Part shown: positions 27,873 through 36,646 of the stretch, piece by piece
Position numbering within the stretch: the first letter of the stretch is position 1
How the letters are laid out: each line of letters opens with the position of its first letter
DNA from: Chitinophagaceae bacterium UBA5175
GTDB lineage: Bacteria; Bacteroidota; Bacteroidia; Chitinophagales; Chitinophagaceae
Length of the DNA stretch: 39,670 nt
Direction of reading: 5' to 3'
Assembly (NCBI GenBank): GCA_002413325.1
Contig: DHWT01000323.1
Location: 1-39,670, forward strand
Program-made: the position numbers and the translations under genes
The notes under the pieces: generated by a model
What the model was told of the DNA's origin: nothing
Database searches by the model: none
Seen by the model: only the letters and a program-made list of their open reading frames with translations

Positions 27873-28608
27873 ATGTTTAGCACCAAATCAGATGTCATCA
27901 GCCGCCTGAAAAGGGAGATCCTTCCCCTGGAAGGGTTGAGGGCAACGAGACCGGAATCGGCCAGGGGACTGGGTTTGGACTTTACGAGCGTGGCTCTTCC
28001 GCAGGGATCCTTGCCCCTGGGTGCCGTGCATGAGCTGATTAGTGAGGGAGCGGAATCCGCCCTAGCCTCCATAGGTTTTATAGCCGGACTGTTGGGCGGA
28101 CTGATGAAAAACGGCGGAGCAGCAGTCTGGATCGGAAACGCCCCCACCCTCTTCCCCCCGGGCACTCAAAACCTTCTGCATCAATCCCGGCCAGGTCATC
28201 TTCATCGACCTGAAAAAAGAAAAGGACCAGCTCTGGGCCATGGAAGAAGCTCTCAAATGTTCGGCCCTCCCTGCAGTTATCGGCGAAATACCGGAACTCA
28301 GCTTTACCCATTCCCGCCGGTTCCAGCTCGCAGTAGAACAGTCAAAAACAACAGGATTCATCCTCCGCAATAACCCACGAACCCAAACCCCCAGCGCCTG
28401 CATCGCCCGGTGGAAAATAAAACCGCTGCCATCCATCAATGAAGATGGTCTCCCCGGGCTCGGTCACCCGGTATGGGAGATCAACCTCCAGAAAATACGC
28501 AATGGCCGCCCGCAGTCCTGGATCGTAGAATATAAAAACGGGAAATTCCGAGAGATCACACAATCAGTTCCAGCCATCATCCTACACCCCACTCGAAAAA
28601 CAGGATGA
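27873..28608 (+). pseudogene. imuA: ImuA, copy 1, with a +1 frameshift near 28160
   Basis: Colinear with 35911..36645; CTC TTC CCC CCG G GCA CTC versus CTC TTT CCA CCG GCA CTC shows one extra G. Confidence 0.85.
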
Positions 28609-28609
28609 G

Positions 28610-28709
28610 ATGCAACGCTTCGTCACCATATGGTTCCGTCACCTCAAGACGGACTGGCAGTCCGTCCGCCAGCCCGCCCTTCGCTCCATTCCCTTAGTAC
28701 TCGCCATAC
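28610..28709 (+). pseudogene. imuB: 5' remnant of imuB (first ~33 codons)
   Basis: MQRFVTIWFRHLKTDWQSVRQP... matches 36647-36746; similarity ends abruptly after CTCGCCATAC. Confidence 0.85.
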
Positions 28710-28926
28710 GTTCTTCCCAAACCATCAGCCGGATTTTTCGGTTGTTGCCATATTGTACATAGAGGGGAACGGCAAGGAATAAACTACCATAGACCAGGAT
28801 CTGCGTCATGGACAGGGAAAGCAAATGAAATATAAATACGAAGAGACAAGGGATGTACACCACCAGCAGCGCAATGCCATTCGGATTGTAGCTATAGACC
28901 CCGGTGGAGACGCTGTGGTTATTCAT
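28710..28926 (-). pseudogene. 3'-truncated membrane protein gene abutting the imuB remnant
   Basis: MNNHSVSTG...two hydrophobic segments...VWEER, then reads into antisense imuB sequence. Confidence 0.45.
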
Positions 28927-28968
28927 TACATAAACAAAATAGGGCCTGCCGGCCAGGGGCAAAGGCCA

Positions 28969-29322
28969 TTAAAAATGTCCGTAATACCTGGAGATGTCGA
29001 AATAAATATCCTTTTTACTGCTATCCCCCAACTCAATGGTCATGACATCAAAAGGCTTTTTATTCCAGGTACTCAGCGACTGACGGACTATTTTATAGTT
29101 TGTATAATGCTCGCTGATCCAAACATATTCGGCATGTATTCCCTTGTCTTCCGTTTTTTCCCTGATCAGCACGGCTGCTTCAAATGATTTGCCATCTCCG
29201 GGTGAAACCACCACCGCCGTGTCGGAGACGGCACCGTCTTCCGCTTTGGACGGCTCCGTGGTCTGCGCCTTTTTGCCGGGACTCTTCTTGGAAGCTTTCC
29301 CATGGTAGTTTTTTGGATACAT
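28969..29322 (-). CDS. Hypothetical protein (5' end uncertain)
   Basis: Globular-looking C-terminal domain GDGKSFEAAVLI...AEYVWI...KPFD...IYFDISRYYG; low-complexity N-terminus. Confidence 0.65.
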   Translation of the reverse strand: MYPKNYHGKASKKSPGKKAQTTEPSKAEDGAVSDTAVVVSPGDGKSFEAAVLIREKTEDKGIHAEYVWISEHYTNYKIVRQSLSTWNKKPFDVMTIELGDSSKKDIYFDISRYYGHF

Positions 29323-29343
29323 TGCATGCTGTAAAGAACTGCT

Positions 29344-30693
29344 ATGCCATTCGATAAGCTGATTCCTGCGACACCCATAAAGGTCTTACTATTCCTGCTT
29401 CCCGCTATACTCCTTTCACTGAGTTCCGAATCGCAAAGGCCAAAACAGGAAGTCATTATCGGAAATCATCAGGCGATTTATGATCAACAGGGCATGCTTC
29501 TGCCCTGGACTGACTGGCAGCGGGCGATCAACCTGGAAATGAACTGGTACCTCAATTGCCCGCTAACGAATGGTTATCCCAATTTTGTGTGGATGACATT
29601 TATGGACGGAAACTATCAGCCGGACAAAAACCGGAATGATTTTATCCCGGCTACACAAAACGGCATGGGCATCATTTCCTATCTGAAATATTACGAATAC
29701 TCCAAACGCCAGAATAAAAAAGTATTGGACTGGGCAAAGTATATGGGAGACTACTTAGTGAAGGAGGCGAATACACCCGATGAAGGAAAATATCCGCGGT
29801 TCACGCGTTCCACCGGCATCGCGGGAAAATTTCCGCAGCCAGCGGATTGTGGCAGGCAGGGCGATAAACCCTATGAAATCGAGCCGGACAAAGGCGCGAT
29901 TGCCGGCTATGCACTGATGCTCCTCTACCAGGAAACCCACGACAGGAAATATTTCGACCAGGCCCTGCACAATGCCAATGTACTGGTGGCCAATATGCGC
30001 AAAGGAGATTCCACCCAGTCGCCCTGGCCCTTTCGCGCGGACTTCAGAACCGGTGAAGGGCGCGGGCAAGTCTCCGGTGACATGGTGTTTATATTGAAAT
30101 TATTTGATCTGCTCTCCGGATCCGGTGGTGTAAAAATGGACAGCGCGGGGAAAGAACTCTGGTCATGGATCATCACTTATCAGCTCCCTGATCTGTCCAA
30201 AGGAGGAAAACTCTGGGAGCAGTTTTTTGAAGACCATGATGAAGACAGCGACCGCACGGCCTGGGCGCCGCTCAACCTGGCGCGTTGGCTGCTGGAGAAA
30301 AAAGAAAAACTGGATCCGGCCTGGAAGCAGCACGCTCACGATTTAATCGAATTCGTCAATAAAAATTTCACGGGTATTAAACAAGGTATACCGATATGCG
30401 GCGAGCAGGATCATGACAAAGATCCCTGGGGTGGCATACTATCCACTTACGGATCCGTACTGATGATGTATACAAAGGCAACCAATTCGGATGAATATAA
30501 AAGCCTGGCCCTGCAGGCGCTGAACTTTTCAACCTATGCATTGAATACAGACGGCTGCCCCTGCGACCGTGCCGGCTTTGGTCCCTGCCGGGGAGGCTGG
30601 CAGGAAGACGCACACACGGATAAGATCCATAATTATATCGACGCACTGATTGCATGGAAAGAGTTGTCCTTTTCATCAAACGGCTTCCGTTAA
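29344..30693 (+). CDS. Exported protein, possible (alpha/alpha)-barrel glycosidase-like enzyme
   Basis: 449 aa; signal peptide; LYQETHDRKYFDQA and YTKATNSDEYK helical hairpin motifs; acidic motifs IEPDK, FFED, GEQD. Confidence 0.65.
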   Translation: MPFDKLIPATPIKVLLFLLPAILLSLSSESQRPKQEVIIGNHQAIYDQQGMLLPWTDWQRAINLEMNWYLNCPLTNGYPNFVWMTFMDGNYQPDKNRNDFIPATQNGMGIISYLKYYEYSKRQNKKVLDWAKYMGDYLVKEANTPDEGKYPRFTRSTGIAGKFPQPADCGRQGDKPYEIEPDKGAIAGYALMLLYQETHDRKYFDQALHNANVLVANMRKGDSTQSPWPFRADFRTGEGRGQVSGDMVFILKLFDLLSGSGGVKMDSAGKELWSWIITYQLPDLSKGGKLWEQFFEDHDEDSDRTAWAPLNLARWLLEKKEKLDPAWKQHAHDLIEFVNKNFTGIKQGIPICGEQDHDKDPWGGILSTYGSVLMMYTKATNSDEYKSLALQALNFSTYALNTDGCPCDRAGFGPCRGGWQEDAHTDKIHNYIDALIAWKELSFSSNGFR

Positions 30694-30772
30694 TCGTTAT
30701 CGTTGCGGTTGATGCACCTGCCATGGCGGGAATTAGGCGGTTTACCGGCAGGTATGAATCGATGAGTACATT

Positions 30773-31831
30773 TTATTTCTGTACAACGACGATTCCCGTG
30801 ACCGTATATGAATTGTGCGTATTATCCAGTGGCAGTTTATGGGGAACATCGTTTTCCCAATACATCGGAATGAAATTTTCCATACCTGCCGTATATATAT
30901 CTGCACCCGACAGGGCAATCGCATACGCGACAGCCGGAAAAGATCCATCGGTGATCCTGTGTTCTGTTCCATTTTTCCAGTAGACGGCATAGTCCGCATT
31001 GGATAAGCTCGCCTCACCGGAAATATATACGTCATTACCAGCGGCTACAATGCCCGATGCGTAGGTATTGTTTTCATTGGTTGCCTGAATTTTTATTGGG
31101 GCCCCGTTTTTCCAATATACCGCCTGATTTTTTTCCGATAAGCTGTCATACATAACCCCTGCGATGTACACATCGGAACCCGAAGAACAAATGGCCTGGC
31201 ATTTTACTTCAGGAGACAGAGAGTCCAGCACAAATGTGTTTTGATTTTTGTTATACACGGCCATATCATATCCGTTTTTCTTTGATTCCGTCCAGGCGAC
31301 ATAGACATCCTGGCCAACGACCGTCACACCCACTGCCCGCGCATAACCCGGACTGCTGTTCAGGCTGGTGATGGTTCCGTTCTTCCAGATTTTTGCATAA
31401 GAATAACTAGGTCCATAATCCGCCCCCGAATTGACTCCGTAACCCGCCAGGTAAATATCATTTCCGGTCACGTACATGCCTAATATGTCGCTTAATGCAG
31501 CCGTATCTTTGAGGCCTAGGTCTTTGGATATCCCATTTACCCACAAGCCGCCTGCGGGCAGCCAATCACGGGCCTGCCCGGCAATCAGCAATTCGTTATT
31601 GGACCAGGCAATCGCCTGGGCGCAGCTGTTCTTCCCATTGCTACCGGACAAATAATGCACGGTCGCATCCTCCCAATAAACAGGTACCCAGCGGGCATTC
31701 AGGCTATCCCAGCAATTCCCGGAAACATAGACGGTTACCTTACTGCCTGGTGGCGTTGGACCAACCCCATTCGATTTTTTGCAGGAACAAAAAATGGCCA
31801 GTGAGATCAACAGGCAGTATGCAACTTTCAT
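30773..31831 (-). CDS. Lipoprotein with YWKNG/DVY repeats (beta-propeller-like)
   Basis: Lipobox-like IFCSC-KK; about 6 repeats of A.YWKNG...I...G.DVYIAG. Confidence 0.85.
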   Translation of the reverse strand: MKVAYCLLISLAIFCSCKKSNGVGPTPPGSKVTVYVSGNCWDSLNARWVPVYWEDATVHYLSGSNGKNSCAQAIAWSNNELLIAGQARDWLPAGGLWVNGISKDLGLKDTAALSDILGMYVTGNDIYLAGYGVNSGADYGPSYSYAKIWKNGTITSLNSSPGYARAVGVTVVGQDVYVAWTESKKNGYDMAVYNKNQNTFVLDSLSPEVKCQAICSSGSDVYIAGVMYDSLSEKNQAVYWKNGAPIKIQATNENNTYASGIVAAGNDVYISGEASLSNADYAVYWKNGTEHRITDGSFPAVAYAIALSGADIYTAGMENFIPMYWENDVPHKLPLDNTHNSYTVTGIVVVQK

Positions 31832-31960
31832 GTATATAAATTAATAAAAAAAACTGATCCTCGGAATAATATTCTGCTCTAAGTATTTCCACTTAGAAAA
31901 TTATTATAGATGCAGTAATGGAATATTCTATTTATTTTACCTCTATAAAATGTTGCTTCA

Positions 31961-33019
31961 ATGAAATTGACTGTCACACTATTTTTTTGCTGCCTTTTAT
32001 TCCTGCTGATTTCAGGTTGCAGCAAGTCGGATTCCAAACCGAACCCGGCTCCGCAGGTACCGCCTCATGACAGCACAACTGGTAAAACGGATACAACGGT
32101 CGACGTATACGTTGTCGGAAACCTCGGAAATAGCATTGGATACTGGAAGAACAGTCAATTTATTACACTGGGAACATCCGCAACGTATGCTTACGGTATT
32201 GATATGGCATTTTCCGGAAATGACATCTATGTTGCAGGTAAAACAGGGGATTCAACAGGATATTGGAAAAACGACCAGTTTCATCTGGTCGCTAAAGGCG
32301 ATACCCTAACTCCGGAATCCATCGCTTTGTCGGGATCAGATGTGTATTCATTTTTACAGGTATATCCGGGCTCCTGGAATGGATATTTGTATAAAAATAA
32401 TGCGCTTTCTTTGGCCCTGCCTACTGTAAATCAACCATCCGCTACGGAGATGACTCTTTCAGGTTCCGATCTGTATATTCCCGGAACAGTTGGGATTGTT
32501 AACAAAAATGCCCTCTACTGGAAAAACGGTATAGCCGATTCATTGCCAACAAGCCTGAATGGAAGTTATGCCTACAGCATTTTCGTGGACGGTTCAGATG
32601 TGTATGTAGCCGGACGAACTTTTAGTTACAAAGGAATCTCGTTAGCGACCTATTGGAAAAACGGTATTCCGGTCTACTTGACCGATAGTTCCATCTCCGC
32701 TACCGCTAATTATATTACAGTATCGAATGGTAATGTATATATCGCAGGAACCGTTATGCAAGGTGATCCGTTGCAGGCGTCAGATAGTCTGCATGCAGTC
32801 GTTTGGAAAAACGGGGTGGCCACAAATCTTACGCAAACGGGTTGGGGTGACAGGGTACTGGGGTTTGCAGTTAACGGATCAGATGTATATGTTTCAGTGA
32901 TAAGCAATATTTTGGGAAGCCAGGATCACCAATACAGATACTATAAAAACGGAAACATAGTGAACTACACATCACCGGGAACAGGCGTCGGCACGCGAAT
33001 ATTCGTCCGGCCGCGATGA
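31961..33019 (+). CDS. Lipoprotein with YWKNG/DVY repeats (beta-propeller-like)
   Basis: Lipobox LISGC-SK; same repeat family as the divergent neighbour. Confidence 0.85.
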   Translation: MKLTVTLFFCCLLFLLISGCSKSDSKPNPAPQVPPHDSTTGKTDTTVDVYVVGNLGNSIGYWKNSQFITLGTSATYAYGIDMAFSGNDIYVAGKTGDSTGYWKNDQFHLVAKGDTLTPESIALSGSDVYSFLQVYPGSWNGYLYKNNALSLALPTVNQPSATEMTLSGSDLYIPGTVGIVNKNALYWKNGIADSLPTSLNGSYAYSIFVDGSDVYVAGRTFSYKGISLATYWKNGIPVYLTDSSISATANYITVSNGNVYIAGTVMQGDPLQASDSLHAVVWKNGVATNLTQTGWGDRVLGFAVNGSDVYVSVISNILGSQDHQYRYYKNGNIVNYTSPGTGVGTRIFVRPR

Positions 33020-33056
33020 GATGTGTTTTTTTCCTGATTAAAGGAACTCAGTGCAT

Positions 33057-33596
33057 CTATACTTTCTTTGTAGTCCCAGTATCAGAGGTAAACAATTTCC
33101 ATTGCCCTTCGGAAACGACTTCGACTATGCCATCAGTCACTTTGATGGCGGTCTCATCATCGATCACGTATTGGGGGATTTTCCAGTCTGAAATTCTATA
33201 CTCTGAAATAACTTTTCGGCCAAAAACAAGCACTTCGGGAGAAACTTTAAAACCCGCACCACCGTAACTTTTATTAAACGTATTGATATTACCCATATTG
33301 GAATAAACAGGCTCACCCGTTTCTGCTTCTCCGATATTTGTCAGATATACCGGCTTGCCCAGTTTAACTTTGGTAGTTTCGCATAATGTAAGCGCTGACT
33401 TTTGTGCGTCGTCATAAGCCAGGAGGTCGGCCATGCGGGGCTGGACAAAATTGATATGGATCGTCAGATTGATCAAATCCGGCTTAATCCGGATTTTACC
33501 TTCTCCGAACACCCTGATGGCGGGTGCATTCTTTTTAGCACCGTTGCAGGAAAACTGCAGGCATACCACGAAGGTGGCGAAGAGGATCCTGAACAT
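33057..33596 (-). pseudogene. Internally deleted SIMPL (DUF541)-like gene fused to a peptidase E-like C-terminal fragment
   Basis: IRVFGEGKIRIKPDL and LAYDDAQKSALTL...VKLGK are SIMPL-like but lack the middle section; tail YVIDDETAIKVTDGIVEVVSEGQWKLF resembles the end of peptidase S51 proteins. Confidence 0.55.
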
Positions 33597-33784
33597 GTTG
33601 ATTATTTGCAGGTGTGATGCAAAACCAAATCTTCTTGCATAACCGTGGGATCGCTTTTAGGATATCTTAACAAATCGATCTTCAGGCAGCTGGTAGTGAA
33701 TATATGACCTGTGCTTTACTTCACCAGTAAGATTAGAAATCATTAGATGACTATGTTTCATTTGGCACAAGGCCCATAAAATGT

Positions 33785-34519
33785 TCACTCCAATCTAAAA
33801 TTGATTGGCTGCTGTTTATACGATTTAACGTTATGCCCGTTTTGGAAAGCAGGCTGCCATTTCCCGGAATTTTTAATAATCCTCATGGCCTCAGCATCTA
33901 TCGAATATTCCACGGAACGGGAAATGACAGGTTCAATAACAAATCCCTCCTTATCAACAATAAACCGAACAACAGCCTGCCCCTGAATATTTCCGCTCAT
34001 CGCCCGTTCGGGATATTTAAGATTCCCAAGCAGATATTTAGACCAGCCTTTTAAGCCCCCCGGAAATTCAGATTCCTTTTCATCCTTAAAGGAAGGAACA
34101 GAATCTTTTTTTACGGTGTCCAGATCAAATTTCTCCATGAGTGTATCATTCCTGTACAGAAAACGGATACGGTGATTCAGGCTGTCCCCACTAAGCTTGT
34201 AAGATTCTCCATTACGCTTTCCCTCGCTAAAATGTGCGACGGAATCAATAAATCCCTTTGCATTGTAATGATATGACACACCATTTATTTCGTTACCGTC
34301 CTTATCCCGGTACTGCTCGCTCTTGATTAAGGGACCGGTAAAATGATAAAAGTCCCATTGCCAGCAAGTATCATTCAGGGGATAGGTATGCAATAAAAAG
34401 TGGGCTGTTTCGATTTTGGTCGGTTTCCAGTTGGCGTCAAAAACATAGAACGATTCCTTCTCCTGCGATCTGGCTTTTAGCGTAAAACACACCAAAAAAT
34501 AAAGAGGTAGTTTTTTCAT
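33785..34519 (-). CDS. Energy transducer TonB C-terminal domain protein
   Basis: EFPGG, NLKYPERA, GQAVVRFIVDKEG, DAEAMRII, WQPAFQNG; signal peptide. Confidence 0.9.
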   Translation of the reverse strand: MKKLPLYFLVCFTLKARSQEKESFYVFDANWKPTKIETAHFLLHTYPLNDTCWQWDFYHFTGPLIKSEQYRDKDGNEINGVSYHYNAKGFIDSVAHFSEGKRNGESYKLSGDSLNHRIRFLYRNDTLMEKFDLDTVKKDSVPSFKDEKESEFPGGLKGWSKYLLGNLKYPERAMSGNIQGQAVVRFIVDKEGFVIEPVISRSVEYSIDAEAMRIIKNSGKWQPAFQNGHNVKSYKQQPINFRLE

Positions 34520-35535
34520 TATCGTATATAAAAACTCGTTTGCTCAATTTTATTTCCGACAAGTTTCATTTTTCTCCAGCTGCTGTTGTCGTTGAGAGGC
34601 ACCCATCTTTTCTCTTCGCTCCGGTAGTGCCAGTCCTTATCTTTTTGATAAAACAGCTTCATCGTTACCCCCTCAACAATTTTTAGAATCTCATTGTCAT
34701 GGTAATTCAACTGGTCATAATCCGTATAAGCCAGCTGAGCCATTTCTGAATAGAGTTCATTTAATTCCAGCAGCTTGCTGTTAACGGTGTTATCCAGTTC
34801 TTCTACATTTAATCCAATTTCCAGGGCTTCCCGAATGGTTATCGGATAAGAATGGGACGGATAATTTGAATTCAGAATGTTACTGATCTTTTCTGCCGCT
34901 TTTTTATCCGACATATGGTAGGATAAAATATCCGTTGTCAGCTTAATCGATAAAGAGGTGGCCCGGTCCACAGATCCAATAACCAGTGGATGGATATGGG
35001 CGTAAATATCAGAATATGGGTTTGTGTCATTACTCTGTTTATTGGTATTCCAAAGATTAATCACCCGGCTCAGTTCATTCTGGCTTACACTCACCCTGTC
35101 ATTAAACTTGTCAATTGGTGATAAGTCATGTGTGATCGAAGTGTCAATGGCCGACAAATATCCCAGTGGGCCCATACTTATTTTATCCGCTCCTAAGACC
35201 AGCATGGTTGCTGCCGAAGCACAATCCAACGGAACCAGGGCTATTATTTTTTTATAATATTTCCTTAATAGGTTAACGATTCGTAATGAAGCTTCCCCGG
35301 AACCACCATCGCTTTTAATAAAAAGATAAAGACTGTCATTCTTTTGTTTGCCTTTTAAAACTTCATAAAAAGCAACTATGTCGTCGCCAACTATTCTGCT
35401 GTTTGCTGAAATCCAATAGGAAATAAAATCACCTTTCAAATTTTGAGAAATAGATTTTACCACATCCTGTGTTTCCTTAAACAAAATCGGTGGGGTTTTA
35501 ATGTCGATTTTCTTAGTGGTTGTTTTTTTCAACAT
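34519..35535 (-). CDS. SDH-family Clp-fold serine proteinase
   Basis: LYLFIKSDGG, ASAATMLVLGADKISMGP..LSAID, SHSYPIT..EA..IGL. Confidence 0.85.
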   Translation of the reverse strand: MLKKTTTKKIDIKTPPILFKETQDVVKSISQNLKGDFISYWISANSRIVGDDIVAFYEVLKGKQKNDSLYLFIKSDGGSGEASLRIVNLLRKYYKKIIALVPLDCASAATMLVLGADKISMGPLGYLSAIDTSITHDLSPIDKFNDRVSVSQNELSRVINLWNTNKQSNDTNPYSDIYAHIHPLVIGSVDRATSLSIKLTTDILSYHMSDKKAAEKISNILNSNYPSHSYPITIREALEIGLNVEELDNTVNSKLLELNELYSEMAQLAYTDYDQLNYHDNEILKIVEGVTMKLFYQKDKDWHYRSEEKRWVPLNDNSSWRKMKLVGNKIEQTSFYIR

Positions 35536-35850
35536 GAATATTTTATTGATCAGCTAATATATTTCCTCTATAGGTTCAGGCTTGGGAGCCTTCAGGAATT
35601 TATAAAGATTCCAATTTATACTTTTTGCTTTTAGTATTGTTTTTATTACTGCAATAATGCCATAATAAGGGCTAAATTGTTCTGTAGTAAGTGATTTCAC
35701 TTAGGAGCCGGTTGCATAGAATCTGAAATTACTGCAGGATATTTAAACCGGTTCTCAAATTAATTCCCAACAACTATTTTTAATTGAATTGCAGGAGTCT
35801 GTTTAGGGATAAATACCCAAAAAAGAATGATTAAATAAACTTCTCAATTG

Positions 35851-35863
35851 CTAATATTTTTAG
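35851..35863. promoter_or_regulatory. SOS box (CTAA-N5-TTAG) upstream of imuA copy 2
   Basis: CTAA-TATTT-TTAG, 47 bp before ATG 35911. Confidence 0.8.
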
Positions 35864-35910
35864 TATTTTAGCAGCCTGCCTGCTCCTTTTTCAGGGGTCG
35901 GGATTATAAA

Positions 35911-36645
35911 ATGCTCAGCGCCAAATCAGATATCATCAGCCGCCTGAAAAGAGAGATCCTTCCCCTGGAAGGGTTGAGGGCAACGCGGCCGGAATCGGCC
36001 AGGGGACTGGGTTTAGACTTTATGAGTGAGGCTTTCCCGCAGGGATCCTTCCCCCTGGGTGCCGTGCATGAGCTGATTAATGAGGGAGCGGAATCCGCCA
36101 TAGCCTCCGTAGGTTTTATAGCCGGACTGTTGGGCGGACTGATGAAAAACGGAGGGGCTACAGTCTGGATTGGAAACGCCCCCACCCTCTTTCCACCGGC
36201 ACTCAAAACTTTCGGTATCAATCCCGGCCAGGTGATTTTCATCGACCTGAAAAAAGAAAAGGACCAGCTCTGGGCCATGGAAGAAGCATTGAAATGTTCT
36301 GCTCTCTCCGCCGTCATCGGAGAAATACCGGAACTCAGCTTCACCCACTCCCGCCGGTTCCAGCTCGCGGTGGAACAATCAAAAACAACCGGTTTTATCT
36401 TAAGAAATAGTCCACGCGCTTTAACTCCCAACGCCTGCATCGCGCGTTGGAAAATAAAACCTTTGCCTTCGATCAATGAAGAGGGACTGCCCGGTCTCGG
36501 TCACCCGGCCTGGGAAGTCAGTCTCCTGAAAATACGCAACGGCCGCCCGCAGTCCTGGATCGTAGAATGGAAAAACGGGAAATTCCGGCAGGTCGCAGAA
36601 GCCGCACCGGCCATCATCCTCCACCCCACCCGAAAAACAGGATGA
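35911..36645 (+). CDS. imuA: Error-prone repair protein ImuA
   Basis: GAVHE, LWAMEEALKC, SRRFQLAVE, ARWKIKPLPS; first gene of imuA-imuB-dnaE2. Confidence 0.92.
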   Translation: MLSAKSDIISRLKREILPLEGLRATRPESARGLGLDFMSEAFPQGSFPLGAVHELINEGAESAIASVGFIAGLLGGLMKNGGATVWIGNAPTLFPPALKTFGINPGQVIFIDLKKEKDQLWAMEEALKCSALSAVIGEIPELSFTHSRRFQLAVEQSKTTGFILRNSPRALTPNACIARWKIKPLPSINEEGLPGLGHPAWEVSLLKIRNGRPQSWIVEWKNGKFRQVAEAAPAIILHPTRKTG

Positions 36646-36646
36646 G

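Noticed and set aside
28150-28165. Programmed frameshift in imuA copy 1
   Set aside because: The paralogue is continuous and the downstream operon is deleted; mutation or homopolymer sequencing error is simpler.
29320-29360. Lipobox-like FTACNVSKK upstream of the 117-aa ORF in another frame
   Set aside because: Joining it needs several indels and it overlaps the divergent gene start; not supportable without reads.
35554-35700. 48-codon GTG ORF upstream of the SDH protease
   Set aside because: Weak start, AT-rich and no motif.
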